From Myxococcales bacterium (GTDB taxonomy: Bacteria > Myxococcota_A > Polyangia > Polyangiales > DASUME01): a stretch of DNA of 64,000 nt. A program made the translations under genes and the position numbers. The DNA lies in the NCBI GenBank assembly GCA_047601445.1, contig JASGJH010000001.1, positions 1,984,001 to 2,048,000 on the forward strand, in the 5' to 3' direction. Positions 31,591 through 44,916 of the stretch are shown piece by piece. Every line of letters begins with the position of its first letter. Position 1 is the first letter of the stretch. The notes beneath the pieces were generated by a model. It made no database searches. It saw only the letters and a list, made by a program, of their open reading frames with translations, and was not told the DNA's origin.

Positions 31591-31983
31591 GTGGACACGG
31601 TGAAAAAATACGCGTCGTGTGTTCAGGGTCATCAAGCGTCAAGGTATGGCAGGCCACCTCAGCGGCTCACCTATCTGCAGCTTGTCTTACTAGTTGGGGC
31701 CTGCGGTCGATCGCCAGGGCTCGAACCGAGCGAGGGCTTTCGGCGCATCCAGTCCCACGAGGCTGCGCTGGCCGAAGACGCGGCACGCCTGGAAGCCAGC
31801 TCGGATTGCCAAGCATCGGGACAGCTCGTGCAAGCCCTCTGCGGAGAAAGCGAGGCCCTCTGTCAGACGGCAGACGAGCTCGCTGACCCCGACGCGCGGT
31901 CACGCTGCGGACGGGCGCGCGACGCCTGCACGGGTGCGCGCGAGCGCATGCACGGCGGTTGCGCTACGCCCGCGACACCATGA
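31591..31983 (+). CDS. Small Cys-rich putative lipoprotein
   Basis: LVLLVGAC lipobox, six further Cys, stop overlaps the next ATG. True start unclear; the nearest ATG (31646) is out of frame. Confidence 0.5.
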   Translation: MDTVKKYASCVQGHQASRYGRPPQRLTYLQLVLLVGACGRSPGLEPSEGFRRIQSHEAALAEDAARLEASSDCQASGQLVQALCGESEALCQTADELADPDARSRCGRARDACTGARERMHGGCATPATP

Positions 31984-33116
31984 GTTCCGCACCCGAACCA
32001 GACTGGGTTTCCGGCCTCCGCCAGGCCACCCGCAGCGCCGCGGCGATCGCCCACGGTGAGGTCGAAGTGATGCGCGGAGCACGGCCCGCGTTCTTCGACA
32101 CCGATGTGGCGCGAGCCCTCTCGAGTGCGCTGTTCGCGGCCTTCGTGGTGGCGGCCGCCATCTTCCGCGAGCGCGTTGGCGGCGCGGGCGCCCTGGACTT
32201 GATCGCGCTGCTTTTGCGAGCGGCCAGCGTGGCCTTCGTGTTGCGCGCACTGATCGCGCTCGGGGTCCTGGTGAGGCGCGCGCGCGGCGAGACCGACGCC
32301 GCCGAACACACGCTGGCCTTTGGCACGGCAGGCATTCTCTTGCTGGGCCCACGCGGTGAGGTGTCGGCGAGCAAAGCCGACGTCCTCGCCGTCGCCCTGC
32401 CCGAGCAACCCGAGGGCGGCGCCGCCCGCAGCCCGCGCAAGCCACTGCTCTTGGTTCTCAAGCCCGATGGGCGACCGCGGGCGCTCGAGATTCCCCCCTA
32501 CTTCGCAGGTAGCCAGGACATCCTCGCGGCGCGCCTCACGCGCTGGCTCGCGCGCCCCGAAAGCGAGCCCGAGCGTCGCTTCGAGCGGCCCAAGCCCAAC
32601 CCCGAGGAGCAGTATGCGCGCATCGCCCGCGGCTCCACCGAGGCGGGCGAGGTCTGCGTGCCCGAGGGTCTCGGGTATCGCGTGCGGGCGCCCTATGGGG
32701 CCCTGTTGGGTTGCCTGTTCGCGGTGGACACCGTGCGCAGTGCGGGTCCCATGGCCAAGCAGTTGTGGCCCGGGGTGGCCGCCGCCTGCGCGCTCGCGCT
32801 GGCCTTTCTGGCCGGGTGGTTCGTATGGATGAACGGTCGGCGCAAGAGCCGCCTCGGCATCGCCATGGCCCTCACGCGCGAAGAGCTGTTGCTGCGTGGC
32901 AAGGCGGGCGTGGTCGGGATTCCCTGGGGCCAGTTCTCCGAGATCGACGTGGACCTACGCCTCACCTGGTCGCCGTTCTACGGGAGCTATCCAGTGCGCG
33001 TCCTGTCGCTGTCGACCCTCGATGGCGAACGTGTGCTGTTCGACGGGGGCTTTCTGGGAATCGAGCCCGAACACGTCGCGGCGCTCTGCGAGGGCTACCG
33101 CCGCAAGCTCGTCTGA
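31980..33116 (+). CDS. Hypothetical membrane protein with two (2TM + beta domain) halves
   Basis: Four hydrophobic segments; ATGA coupling with the upstream gene. Confidence 0.7.
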   Translation: MSSAPEPDWVSGLRQATRSAAAIAHGEVEVMRGARPAFFDTDVARALSSALFAAFVVAAAIFRERVGGAGALDLIALLLRAASVAFVLRALIALGVLVRRARGETDAAEHTLAFGTAGILLLGPRGEVSASKADVLAVALPEQPEGGAARSPRKPLLLVLKPDGRPRALEIPPYFAGSQDILAARLTRWLARPESEPERRFERPKPNPEEQYARIARGSTEAGEVCVPEGLGYRVRAPYGALLGCLFAVDTVRSAGPMAKQLWPGVAAACALALAFLAGWFVWMNGRRKSRLGIAMALTREELLLRGKAGVVGIPWGQFSEIDVDLRLTWSPFYGSYPVRVLSLSTLDGERVLFDGGFLGIEPEHVAALCEGYRRKLV

Positions 33117-33153
33117 GCGCCGACCCGGAGCCGCCGGGCGAAGCCCTGGAAGC

Positions 33154-33579
33154 TCAGCGCGGCAGGCGACGCTCGAGCCGACGCAAGCCCTGCTTGAGCA
33201 CCAGACCCAAGCCCGAGCGGAAGGCGCCGGAGACACCGGGCAGCGTGGTCTCCAGGGCCACGTTCCAGCGCACGCGCGCGCCGCCGCGGCCGTTGGGCTC
33301 GACTTGAATCTCGCCGCGATGGTGGCGCAAGAAGGGTACGCCGCGGCTGATGCGATAGACGATGCGCGAGGGAATCTGGCGCTCGATGACCTCTTCGTCG
33401 AAGTTCATCGGTCCAAGATGAATCCGGCGCACGGTGCCGACGCCGCCGTCGGGCACGCGCTTGGCCACGGTGATCTTTCCGCCGAGCCAACTGCCCATGT
33501 TCGCGTGATCGTCGAGGGCAGCGAAGACGATTTCGGGGGCGTTCGGAAACTCGTGGGCGATGGTGATGTCGTTGGGCAC
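33154..33579 (-). CDS. SRPBCC (polyketide cyclase/START) family protein
   Basis: APEIVFAALDD..W, GGVGTVRRI, EEVIE..PSRIVYRI and GGARVRW. Confidence 0.85.
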   Translation of the reverse strand: MPNDITIAHEFPNAPEIVFAALDDHANMGSWLGGKITVAKRVPDGGVGTVRRIHLGPMNFDEEVIERQIPSRIVYRISRGVPFLRHHRGEIQVEPNGRGGARVRWNVALETTLPGVSGAFRSGLGLVLKQGLRRLERRLPR

Positions 33580-33611
33580 GGCTCAGCACTACACCAGGTG
33601 GTTCGCTCGTG

Positions 33612-36600
33612 TCACGGCGAATGCAGCGAGACCGAGGGCACGCCCGCGTCGTCACCGGCATCCGAGCTCGCTCCGGCGTCCCAGGGCTCCGCTTCGGGCG
33701 CCGGGATCTCCGGCTGGGCGAGCGCGGCGACCACCGCGATGAGCCGGGCTTCGCCTTGCACGCGGACCTTGAAGTGGGTCGCCTCGCGGGCGGGCCTCAA
33801 CACCGAGACCTGTTGTTCCCCAGCACGCAGCGAGAGGGTTCCTCCATCGAGCTCCAAGCGAGCGCCGGGCGCCTGCGCGTCGACGAGCCAGGTCACGCGC
33901 ACGGACTGGCTTGGACGTGCCACCGGCGGCAGGCTCAGTTCGGCGTCCGCACCGGGCACGCAGCGATAGTCCGCGCATGTCCAGCTGCCTTTGCGACGGG
34001 CGCCGTCACTCAGGACGCTGCCGTAGCGACTGCTCGGCCCGAGGGCTCCTTCGGCCATCAAGATGCGGATGCCGTCGGGGATCGAGCTCTCCATCCCGAG
34101 GTAGCGCAGCACCAGGGGCACCACGCGCCGATCGCGCAACGCAAGCAGCGCGCGCGCCTCCGCTCGACGCGCGGGTTCGTAGCGCTCCTCGCCCAGCGCC
34201 TTCGCGAGCCCGCTGCGTGCCGCGTTGCCGCCGAGCTTGCCCAGCGCGTCGGCCACAGGCTCGCGCAAGCGCACGTCGGCCAGCAACGGCAACAGCGAGT
34301 CCACGGCCTGCGGCGAGCGCGAGTCGCCGAGCGCAGCGATGGCACGCACGCGGTCGCCCTCGGCCGCGGACTCATCCAGCGCGAGTTCACCGAGCGCAGG
34401 CAGCGCCTCCGGGTGGGCTTGCTGGGCCAACGCGAGCGCGGCGCGGCGCACGAGATCGCGCTGTGCAGCCGAAGCTTCATGGGCAGGCGTCGGTACGAGC
34501 AGTGAGAGCACGGCGGAGCTCGCCTCACGGCTGCCGAGTTGGAGCGCCGAAATGGCGGCCTCGGCCCGCACGCCCAGGTCCGCGTCGTCGTTGCCCAGCC
34601 GCACGAGCATCGGCAGCGCAGGCAAGAAATGCAGCTCGCCAAGTCCGCGGGCTGCCGCAGCGCGCACGGCTGGACGAGCGTCTGCCAAGAGCGGCACCAG
34701 CTCGGGCCCCACGCCGGTCACGCCCAACTTGGCCCGCGCGAGTGCCTCGGGGAAACCCACCCCGTTGGCCACTGCCAGCGCCTCCGTGCGGGGAATCGTC
34801 GAGACGAAACGGTCGATCTCGCCGCGCAGGCGCTCCACGTCGAGCGGCCGATCCGGGGCCTCGTTCTTGAGCTCGGGAGGATCGGTCTCGAGGTCGAACA
34901 GCTGACAGTGCTCCTGCTCTCCCATGCAGACCACCTTCAAGCGCCCGTCCGTGGCCATGTGGCGCTGCTCGACGCTCGCGAAAGCCACCTGCGGGCCTGC
35001 CTCGGCGAATCCGTTCAGCACGGCGCCCAGGTCGTCTCCTCGCATGCGGGCCTCGCGCGGCACCCCGGCTGCACTCAGCAGCGTGGTCCCGACATCCACC
35101 AGCTCTACCGGCGCATCACTCACACCTGGGCTCACCTGGCCCGGGGACGACCACAAGAGCGGCACACGCACCTGTTCATCATAGAGCGTGGTGCCGTGGT
35201 AGCTGCCTCCGTGCTCACCGAACTCCTCGCCGTGGTCCGCCGTGACGATCACGGTCCCATCGGGGTGCGCCGCGCGGAAGACCCGCACCAGCTCGGCGAT
35301 ACTGCGATCGCAGGTGCGCACTTCGCCGTCGTAGCGCGCGCGTGGAGAATCACCGGTGACGAACTCCGGCGCCGGCTCGTAGGGCTCGTGGGGCTCGAAC
35401 AGGTGCACCCAGATGAAGAGCGGATGCCCACGATCGACCCCGTTCAAATAGGCCTCCAGCTGCGACACGCGCTGGGCCGCCGACGCGAACATCTCCTTGC
35501 GGTACTCGAAGCCGAAGCCACGTCCGCGCAACAAGTCGAAGTTGGCGCCGTCCACGAAGAAGATGGCGGGCGGGTAGAACGCGGCCGTGCGATAGCCGTA
35601 GCGACGCAGCAAATCTGGGAGCGTGGGGTGATCGCGCTCGGCCCCGGGGAGCTCGAGCACCGGCTTCATGAACTTGGCGGTGAGCAAGCTGGCGAGCGCG
35701 TACGAGGTATGGGGCGCCGGCGTGTAGGCGCGACGAAACACCATGCTCTGCTGGGCGAGCTCATCGAGCTTCGGCGTGACCCCGGTCCCACCATAGGCCT
35801 TCAACACATCGGCGCGCAGGGCGTCGACGGTGATCAGCAGCACATCCTTGTCCTGCAGGTTGATGCCGCGAGCCTGGGGCGCAGCGGGCGCGTTCTTCTC
35901 GGGACGGACGGCGATCCCCCGGGCGTCCTGATCCGCGTTGGGTCGCCGCCGGCCCACGCTGCGCAACACCGGCGCGAGGAGCTTGGCCGTGAACGGCGCA
36001 GACTCGCTGACCGCGTAGCTGGCGTTGCTCTGATGGGCCAGGGACACCATCGAGAGCGGCGCCGTGATCGCCACCAAGGCGCTCCCCCAACGCACCCGCC
36101 GATCGGCTTTCGGCAGGAGCGCTCGCGGAAACCCCACGGCAGCCAGCGTGGCCGACAACGCGGCAGCCCAAAGCAACAACCAGTGGAACGCCGGATAGCC
36201 ACGCGGCAACACGGCGCCATCGACGACCAGCGCGGTGGCCGCGACGACGGCACAGGCGAGCGCCCAAGCGACAGCAGGCCTGAGCGCGCCCTGGGTACGC
36301 ACGAAGGTCGCAGTGCGCATGCCGATCACCACCATCAGCGCGATCAGCACGGCGATGCCCAGCGCCAGGAGCGGCCGTGCGGCCAAGTCGCGCACGCGCC
36401 GCCCTTCGGTGAGCAACCAGCCCGCCCAGCCACCCGCAAGAAGCGAGACCAACGCCACACCGATGCGCGCGCGGAAGCCCACGTAGTCGGCGCGCGTGCT
36501 CCAACGCAACGGCAACCCGAGCAGCAAGACCAGGCTCGAGAGCGCTGTCCAGGCTGCCAACGCATAGCGGCCGAGCTCGAGTGAGCTCAAGAACAGCGAG

Positions 36601-36734
36601 CGCCCCCAGCCCAAGACCCGCACCAGCTCGAACGACGCGAGACAGGCCCCCGCGACGAGCAATGCGAGGAGCTCTCCGTCAGAGCGCGCGGGCTCGCGCG
36701 CTCGGGTGACACCAGAAGAAGTACGACGACCCAT
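33612..36734 (-). CDS. Multi-TM sulfatase-fold (alkaline phosphatase superfamily) protein with HEAT repeats
   Basis: Several N-terminal TMs, then LLITVDALRAD, HLFEPHEPY, TADHGEEF and HGTTLYDEQVRVPL; HEAT-like VRAAAARGLG and RAIAALG. Confidence 0.85.
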   Translation of the reverse strand: MGRRTSSGVTRAREPARSDGELLALLVAGACLASFELVRVLGWGRSLFLSSLELGRYALAAWTALSSLVLLLGLPLRWSTRADYVGFRARIGVALVSLLAGGWAGWLLTEGRRVRDLAARPLLALGIAVLIALMVVIGMRTATFVRTQGALRPAVAWALACAVVAATALVVDGAVLPRGYPAFHWLLLWAAALSATLAAVGFPRALLPKADRRVRWGSALVAITAPLSMVSLAHQSNASYAVSESAPFTAKLLAPVLRSVGRRRPNADQDARGIAVRPEKNAPAAPQARGINLQDKDVLLITVDALRADVLKAYGGTGVTPKLDELAQQSMVFRRAYTPAPHTSYALASLLTAKFMKPVLELPGAERDHPTLPDLLRRYGYRTAAFYPPAIFFVDGANFDLLRGRGFGFEYRKEMFASAAQRVSQLEAYLNGVDRGHPLFIWVHLFEPHEPYEPAPEFVTGDSPRARYDGEVRTCDRSIAELVRVFRAAHPDGTVIVTADHGEEFGEHGGSYHGTTLYDEQVRVPLLWSSPGQVSPGVSDAPVELVDVGTTLLSAAGVPREARMRGDDLGAVLNGFAEAGPQVAFASVEQRHMATDGRLKVVCMGEQEHCQLFDLETDPPELKNEAPDRPLDVERLRGEIDRFVSTIPRTEALAVANGVGFPEALARAKLGVTGVGPELVPLLADARPAVRAAAARGLGELHFLPALPMLVRLGNDDADLGVRAEAAISALQLGSREASSAVLSLLVPTPAHEASAAQRDLVRRAALALAQQAHPEALPALGELALDESAAEGDRVRAIAALGDSRSPQAVDSLLPLLADVRLREPVADALGKLGGNAARSGLAKALGEERYEPARRAEARALLALRDRRVVPLVLRYLGMESSIPDGIRILMAEGALGPSSRYGSVLSDGARRKGSWTCADYRCVPGADAELSLPPVARPSQSVRVTWLVDAQAPGARLELDGGTLSLRAGEQQVSVLRPAREATHFKVRVQGEARLIAVVAALAQPEIPAPEAEPWDAGASSDAGDDAGVPSVSLHSP

Positions 36735-36758
36735 CTACAAGCGACCGACCATACGCTC

Positions 36759-37235
36759 TCAAGGAGCCCAGCGGACCTCGGAGATCTCGTACTTGCGCGT
36801 CCCACCGGGCGCGTGCACCTGCACCTCGTCGCCAGCCAAGCGGCCGATCAAGGCCTTGGCCATGGGCGACGTGACCGAGATGGTGCCTTTCTCAGTGCTC
36901 GCCTCGGAGGGCCCCACGATGCGATAGGTGAGCTCGCGATCGCTCTCGAGATCCGTCAGCGTGACGTAGGCGCCGAACTTCACCTTGTCGCCGGAGAGCT
37001 TGCTGGTGTCGATGACCTCGGCGCGCGAAAGCTGATCCTCGATGTCGAGGATGCGGCCCTCGATGTGAGACTGCTTCTCGCGGGCCGCGTGGTACTCGGC
37101 GTTCTCCTTGAGGTCTCCGTGGGCGGCTGCGGTGCCAATCTCCTCGGAGATCCGCGGACGCTCCACGAGCTTCAAGTGCTTGAGCTCACTCATGAGAGCC
37201 GTATGCCCCTCAGCGGTCATCGGAACGCGTTCCAT
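36759..37235 (-). CDS. greA: Transcription elongation factor GreA
   Basis: HGDLKENAEYHAAREKQ and ISVTSPMAKALIG. Confidence 0.97.
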   Translation of the reverse strand: MERVPMTAEGHTALMSELKHLKLVERPRISEEIGTAAAHGDLKENAEYHAAREKQSHIEGRILDIEDQLSRAEVIDTSKLSGDKVKFGAYVTLTDLESDRELTYRIVGPSEASTEKGTISVTSPMAKALIGRLAGDEVQVHAPGGTRKYEISEVRWAP

Positions 37236-37311
37236 AGAAGCGATTCGTACACTCTTGGGGTTTTGGTCGCAACCCCTGCTTGGCCAGCGCCGGGGGTCGC
37301 CGAGCTGGCGC

Positions 37312-38217
37312 CTACCGGCTCCTCAGATCGCGCAGCGCACGGTCCGAAAACCTGAGCAATTCGATAGCCCCTGGGCCTTGATTGAAGGCGTAATCGTGCT
37401 CACCAGGAGTGACGATCAGGGTGTGTGCCACATGTCGCGCCCGCAGCTCCTCGGAGAACTTGCGCGTCACCGGGAGCAGCGGGTCCTTGTCGCTCGAGAG
37501 CAAGCGCAGGGCTTGCGATTTCTGCGCCGAGGCCTTGGCCGCCCGGTCGGCGAACTCCGCCTCGCGGCCCCGGATCGCTGGCTGGATGGTCCCGACTGCG
37601 CCGAAGACTTCCGGATGCCGCAGCCCGACCTCGAGGGCCACCATGCCGCCGAGAGAAACGCCATCGACGCTCACTTCTCGCTCCGTCTGGCTCGCCACGG
37701 GGAACGTGTCGCGGACCTTGGGCACCAAGCGCTTGGCGACCCAGCTGGCGAAGGCCTCGATTTTCTCGGGATGATCGACCTGCGCCAGGAGATCGGGCGT
37801 GTAGATCCCCACCACGAACACACCGCGAAACGGACGGGCCTTGAGCTCACCGTTGAGCGCGCGCAGTTCCTCGTCGCGCACCAGGCCGCCGAAGTCGTCC
37901 TTGGTGAGGTTGTTGCCGAGCAGCGCTTCGAACGCAGGCCCGAGGCCATAGCGCTCGAGCCACGCGCGGTACCCCTTCTCGGGTCCCTGGCGCGACTCAC
38001 CCATGCCGTGGAAGGCGATGACGATGGGCCAACGCTCGTCCTTGGCACGCTCGGTCGGCCAGACCGCCAGCGCCGATTGCCGCTCGCCACTCGGGCCGTG
38101 GATGGCGAACCGCACCGTCTGGAGCTGCCCTTCGGCACGCGTCTCGCGCGGCGGTCCAAGAAACACGGCTGCGCCCAGGATGACGACGACGCAGCCGGTC
38201 AACATGGACAGACGCAT
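37312..38217 (-). CDS. Secreted alpha/beta-hydrolase (esterase)
   Basis: Signal peptide, IAFHGMGE, nucleophile elbow GVSLGG, DKDP and PGEHD. Confidence 0.85.
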   Translation of the reverse strand: MRLSMLTGCVVVILGAAVFLGPPRETRAEGQLQTVRFAIHGPSGERQSALAVWPTERAKDERWPIVIAFHGMGESRQGPEKGYRAWLERYGLGPAFEALLGNNLTKDDFGGLVRDEELRALNGELKARPFRGVFVVGIYTPDLLAQVDHPEKIEAFASWVAKRLVPKVRDTFPVASQTEREVSVDGVSLGGMVALEVGLRHPEVFGAVGTIQPAIRGREAEFADRAAKASAQKSQALRLLSSDKDPLLPVTRKFSEELRARHVAHTLIVTPGEHDYAFNQGPGAIELLRFSDRALRDLRSR

Positions 38218-38231
38218 GGCGTTCTCGGCTC

Positions 38232-41591
<3,360 letters not shown>

Positions 41592-41644
41592 CGAGCGCGC
41601 GGATTATCACCCCCGGGAGTCCCGGGCAACCGCTCCCGAACGCT

Positions 41645-42136
41645 CTAATACGGGATCCCGGCTGCGATTTCCTCGAGCAAGGAATTCGCCCGTTCACCCC
41701 TTGCCTCCACCACTGCCGTGCGGCCCTGGGCGTCGAGCGCCAGGCGGATCCACAATCCCTGCCCGCCCAGGGCCTCGGAGAAGCGATCCCCCCACTCCAC
41801 GATCACGATCGCATCGCGACCAATCCGCTCGACCAGGCCCAATTCGACGAGTTCGTCCGCGTCGCCTAGCCGATAGAGGTCCGCGTGGACCAAGGGAGGC
41901 GTGGTCCGGTGCTCATTCACCAGCGTGAACGTCGGGCTGGTGACGGGCAGCGCGGCGGGCACACCGAGCTTGCGGGCGATGGCTCGAACCAGGAAAGTCT
42001 TGCCCGCGCCGAGATCGCCCTCGAGGACCAGCAGATCGCCGGCCCGCAGGGCAGCCCCCAGGCGCGCGCCCAGACGACGAGTGGCCCGGCGGTTGGGCAA
42101 GGGTAGCGAAAGGGTCGCGGGAGACGCTCCTGGCAC
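41645..42136 (-). CDS. tsaE: tRNA threonylcarbamoyladenosine biosynthesis ATPase TsaE
   Basis: GDLGAGKT, VTSPTFTLVNE, HADLYRL and VEWG. Start taken as GTG 42136 (uncertain). Confidence 0.93.
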   Translation of the reverse strand: MPGASPATLSLPLPNRRATRRLGARLGAALRAGDLLVLEGDLGAGKTFLVRAIARKLGVPAALPVTSPTFTLVNEHRTTPPLVHADLYRLGDADELVELGLVERIGRDAIVIVEWGDRFSEALGGQGLWIRLALDAQGRTAVVEARGERANSLLEEIAAGIPY

Positions 42137-42237
42137 GTGGGTTGCCGCATGGTGATGGAGCGCGTCGGTCCGCGCCAGTGGCGGCAAGAGACAGCGGTTT
42201 CCCAGAAGGTGGGGTCGAGCAGTAGACTCGCTCACGC

Positions 42238-44097
42238 ATGGGCCTCATCCGCTGCGCATCTTTGTCTGGAGCATTGCTCATGCTGCTCGCCTGGCTGGCC
42301 CCGGCTCGCGCGGAAGACGCGACGGACGGGCAGCGCTCGCCCGTGGCCCAGCGCTACGAGCTCGACGCGACGCTCGTGCCCGAGCGGCACCAGGTCCGTG
42401 GGAGTGCGCTCATCGAATTCACGAACACCAGCGCGAGCGCCGTGGACGAGCTGGTCTTCCACCTCTACCTGAACGCCTTCCGCGATCGCGAGAGCGTGTT
42501 CATGCGCGAGTCCGGCGGCAGCATGCGCGGCCAGCACTTCACCGGCCGCGGCTCCATCGAGCTCTCCAGCTTGAGCGTGGACGGAAAGGAGCTCTTGGCG
42601 CGCGCGCGCCAAGAGCTGGTGAAGGGCGACTTCACCCAATTGGCGCTGCCCCTCGAGAAGCCAATCGCGCCCGGGGGCAAGGTCGTGATCGAAAGCTCGT
42701 TCGTGTCCACCCTGCCCGAAGTCTTCGCGCGCAGCGGCTACGCGCACGATTTCTTCTGCGTGGCGCAGTGGTTTCCCAAACTGGCCAAGCTCGAACCCAA
42801 CGGCACCTTCACGAGCTTCCCCTACCACGCGCTCGCCGAGTTCTACGCGGACTTCGCGGACTACGAGGTCACGCTGCGCGCGCCGCGCGAACTCGTGGTG
42901 GCGGCGAACGGCAAGCTTATTCGCGAGAGCAAGGGACAGCAGCAGACTGCGCGCACCTTCGCCATCGCTCGAGCCATCGACGCGGTCTGGGTGGCGGGCC
43001 AGTCGCTCGAGGTGCAGGAGGAGCAGTGGCGGGAAGTGGCGGTCAAGTACGTGTACGCGCCGGGCTACGAGCTCGCGCTCGACGAGCACATCGAGATGGT
43101 GCGCGCCGGGCTCGATCACTTCGGGCGACGCTTCGGGGCCTATCCCTACCCTACCCTCACCGTGGTGGTGCCGCCGCGTCGCGCGCGCGGCGCTGCGGGC
43201 ATGGAGTACCCGGGCCTTTTCTTGACGGACGGAAGCTGGCTGCCGGCCCCGGGAACGCCGGGTGCCTCGGGAGCGTTCGTGACCGCCCACGAGCTCGCCC
43301 ATCAGTGGTTCCCCATGGTCTTGGCCAGCAACGAGATGCGCTATCCGGTGCTCGACGAGGGCTTCGCGGAGTGGGCAGCACTGGACTTGTTGCGCAAGCA
43401 CTTCGGCGAGGTGGGCGCCTTTTCGAGCTGGCTGCCGTTCCCACGCTTCGAAGTGGAGCGCGTGGGAACCTTCACCTTCGATCACGCCATCGCGCCAGGA
43501 CTGTCGGCGCCCGCATATACACCCTCCGAGTACGGCGCGAGTGTCTACGGGGAAGCGGCACTGGCGCTGGAGACCATCCGGCGCGTGTTCGGTCGCGCTC
43601 GCTTCGAGGAGGCCATGCGTCGCTACGCCCAAGACAACTGGTTCGGGCACCCCACCCCGGTCGACCTGGCGACAGCCTTCGACCGCGTCTACGGGCCGGG
43701 CTTTTCCACGCGCTTTTTGCTGCCCTTGCTGATCGCCGGTGAGCGGGTGTCCCTGCGCATCGTGCAGGCGCGCACGCTGTCGCGCGGCAAGGGTTTCGTC
43801 ACCGAGGTGCGCGCGCGACGCGCCGGCAACGTGCCCTTGCCGAGCTGGCTCGCGGCCTACGACGCACAGGGCAACGAACTCACCCGCGTGCTCTTCCCGG
43901 AACATCTCAACGCGCTGAACGCCACCCTCGAAACCAAGGCGCCGGTGGCCCGCGTGGTGCTCGATCCCGACCGCGCCGTCTTGGTCGACGCCTCGGTGCG
44001 CGATCAGGTGGTGAGCTTCGCGCCGCCGCGGCGCTCGAGCTGGATTGGCCGCGCCGTGGCCAGCGCGCAGATGCTGCTCTCATGGTTCGGCCCATGA
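42238..44097 (+). CDS. Secreted M1-family zinc aminopeptidase
   Basis: Signal peptide, AGMEYP and HELAH-x18-E. Confidence 0.92.
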   Translation: MGLIRCASLSGALLMLLAWLAPARAEDATDGQRSPVAQRYELDATLVPERHQVRGSALIEFTNTSASAVDELVFHLYLNAFRDRESVFMRESGGSMRGQHFTGRGSIELSSLSVDGKELLARARQELVKGDFTQLALPLEKPIAPGGKVVIESSFVSTLPEVFARSGYAHDFFCVAQWFPKLAKLEPNGTFTSFPYHALAEFYADFADYEVTLRAPRELVVAANGKLIRESKGQQQTARTFAIARAIDAVWVAGQSLEVQEEQWREVAVKYVYAPGYELALDEHIEMVRAGLDHFGRRFGAYPYPTLTVVVPPRRARGAAGMEYPGLFLTDGSWLPAPGTPGASGAFVTAHELAHQWFPMVLASNEMRYPVLDEGFAEWAALDLLRKHFGEVGAFSSWLPFPRFEVERVGTFTFDHAIAPGLSAPAYTPSEYGASVYGEAALALETIRRVFGRARFEEAMRRYAQDNWFGHPTPVDLATAFDRVYGPGFSTRFLLPLLIAGERVSLRIVQARTLSRGKGFVTEVRARRAGNVPLPSWLAAYDAQGNELTRVLFPEHLNALNATLETKAPVARVVLDPDRAVLVDASVRDQVVSFAPPRRSSWIGRAVASAQMLLSWFGP

Positions 44098-44909
44098 GGG
44101 AGTGGATGTCCAGCATGCGCGCGCTTCCGATGACCTTCGTCATCTACCTGACCGAGGCTGCGTTGGCGCTCGTGTTCGGCCTGCCCGCCGCGCTCGAGCT
44201 GACCCGCTCCGCCCCGCAGGGCGCGGATTCGACGGCCGACGCCGAGCGGCTCGAGTTCTTGCTCGGTCTCGGACAAGCAGGACGCCTGGTCGGCGCCACG
44301 GGCCTGTTCGCGGGAATCGCGCTGTGGCTACTCGCTCCCTGGCTCCAAATGGCCTGGCTCAGCGCTCTCTCGCGGCGCGAGAGCGTGGGTGAATCCCTGG
44401 TCCAGGGCGCGCGGCTCTATGTGCGCGCCCAGCTGCTCGCGATCCCGGTCGTCATCGGCGTGGCACTGTCGCTCGTGCCCTTCGGCGTGGCCGCTTGGGG
44501 GATCTCGCAGCTGAGTGCCTCCCAGCTCAACGATCGTGTCCACGACCTCGGCATCGCGTGCGCGCTAGCTCCCGGGCTGCCGGTCCTGCTCGCCGGCCTC
44601 GCGTGGCTCGACCTGGCGCGCGCGCGTGCCCTTCACGAGGGTCCCTGGACGAGCGCCGTGCGCAGCCTGCGGGCGGCGCTGCAGCCCGTCACCATCTTGC
44701 GAGCCCTGTTCTTTGGCCTTGCGGGCTGGACGCTGTTCCTGCTGGCTCAGGCTCCGCTCCTGGAGCGCCTCGGCGGGCGTCCGTTGGTGGTGCTCGCACT
44801 GCAATCGGCGGTGCTGGCGCGCCTATTCTTGCGCAGCCGCTGGCTGGCAGACGCGCTGACTTGCGCCGAGGCGAGCGCCGGGTCACGAGCAAGCGAAGCG
44901 TACGAGTGA
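44094..44909 (+). CDS. Hypothetical polytopic membrane protein
   Basis: ATGA-coupled to the M1 peptidase; ~6 hydrophobic segments. Confidence 0.7.
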   Translation: MREWMSSMRALPMTFVIYLTEAALALVFGLPAALELTRSAPQGADSTADAERLEFLLGLGQAGRLVGATGLFAGIALWLLAPWLQMAWLSALSRRESVGESLVQGARLYVRAQLLAIPVVIGVALSLVPFGVAAWGISQLSASQLNDRVHDLGIACALAPGLPVLLAGLAWLDLARARALHEGPWTSAVRSLRAALQPVTILRALFFGLAGWTLFLLAQAPLLERLGGRPLVVLALQSAVLARLFLRSRWLADALTCAEASAGSRASEAYE

Positions 44910-44916
44910 GGTCGTC

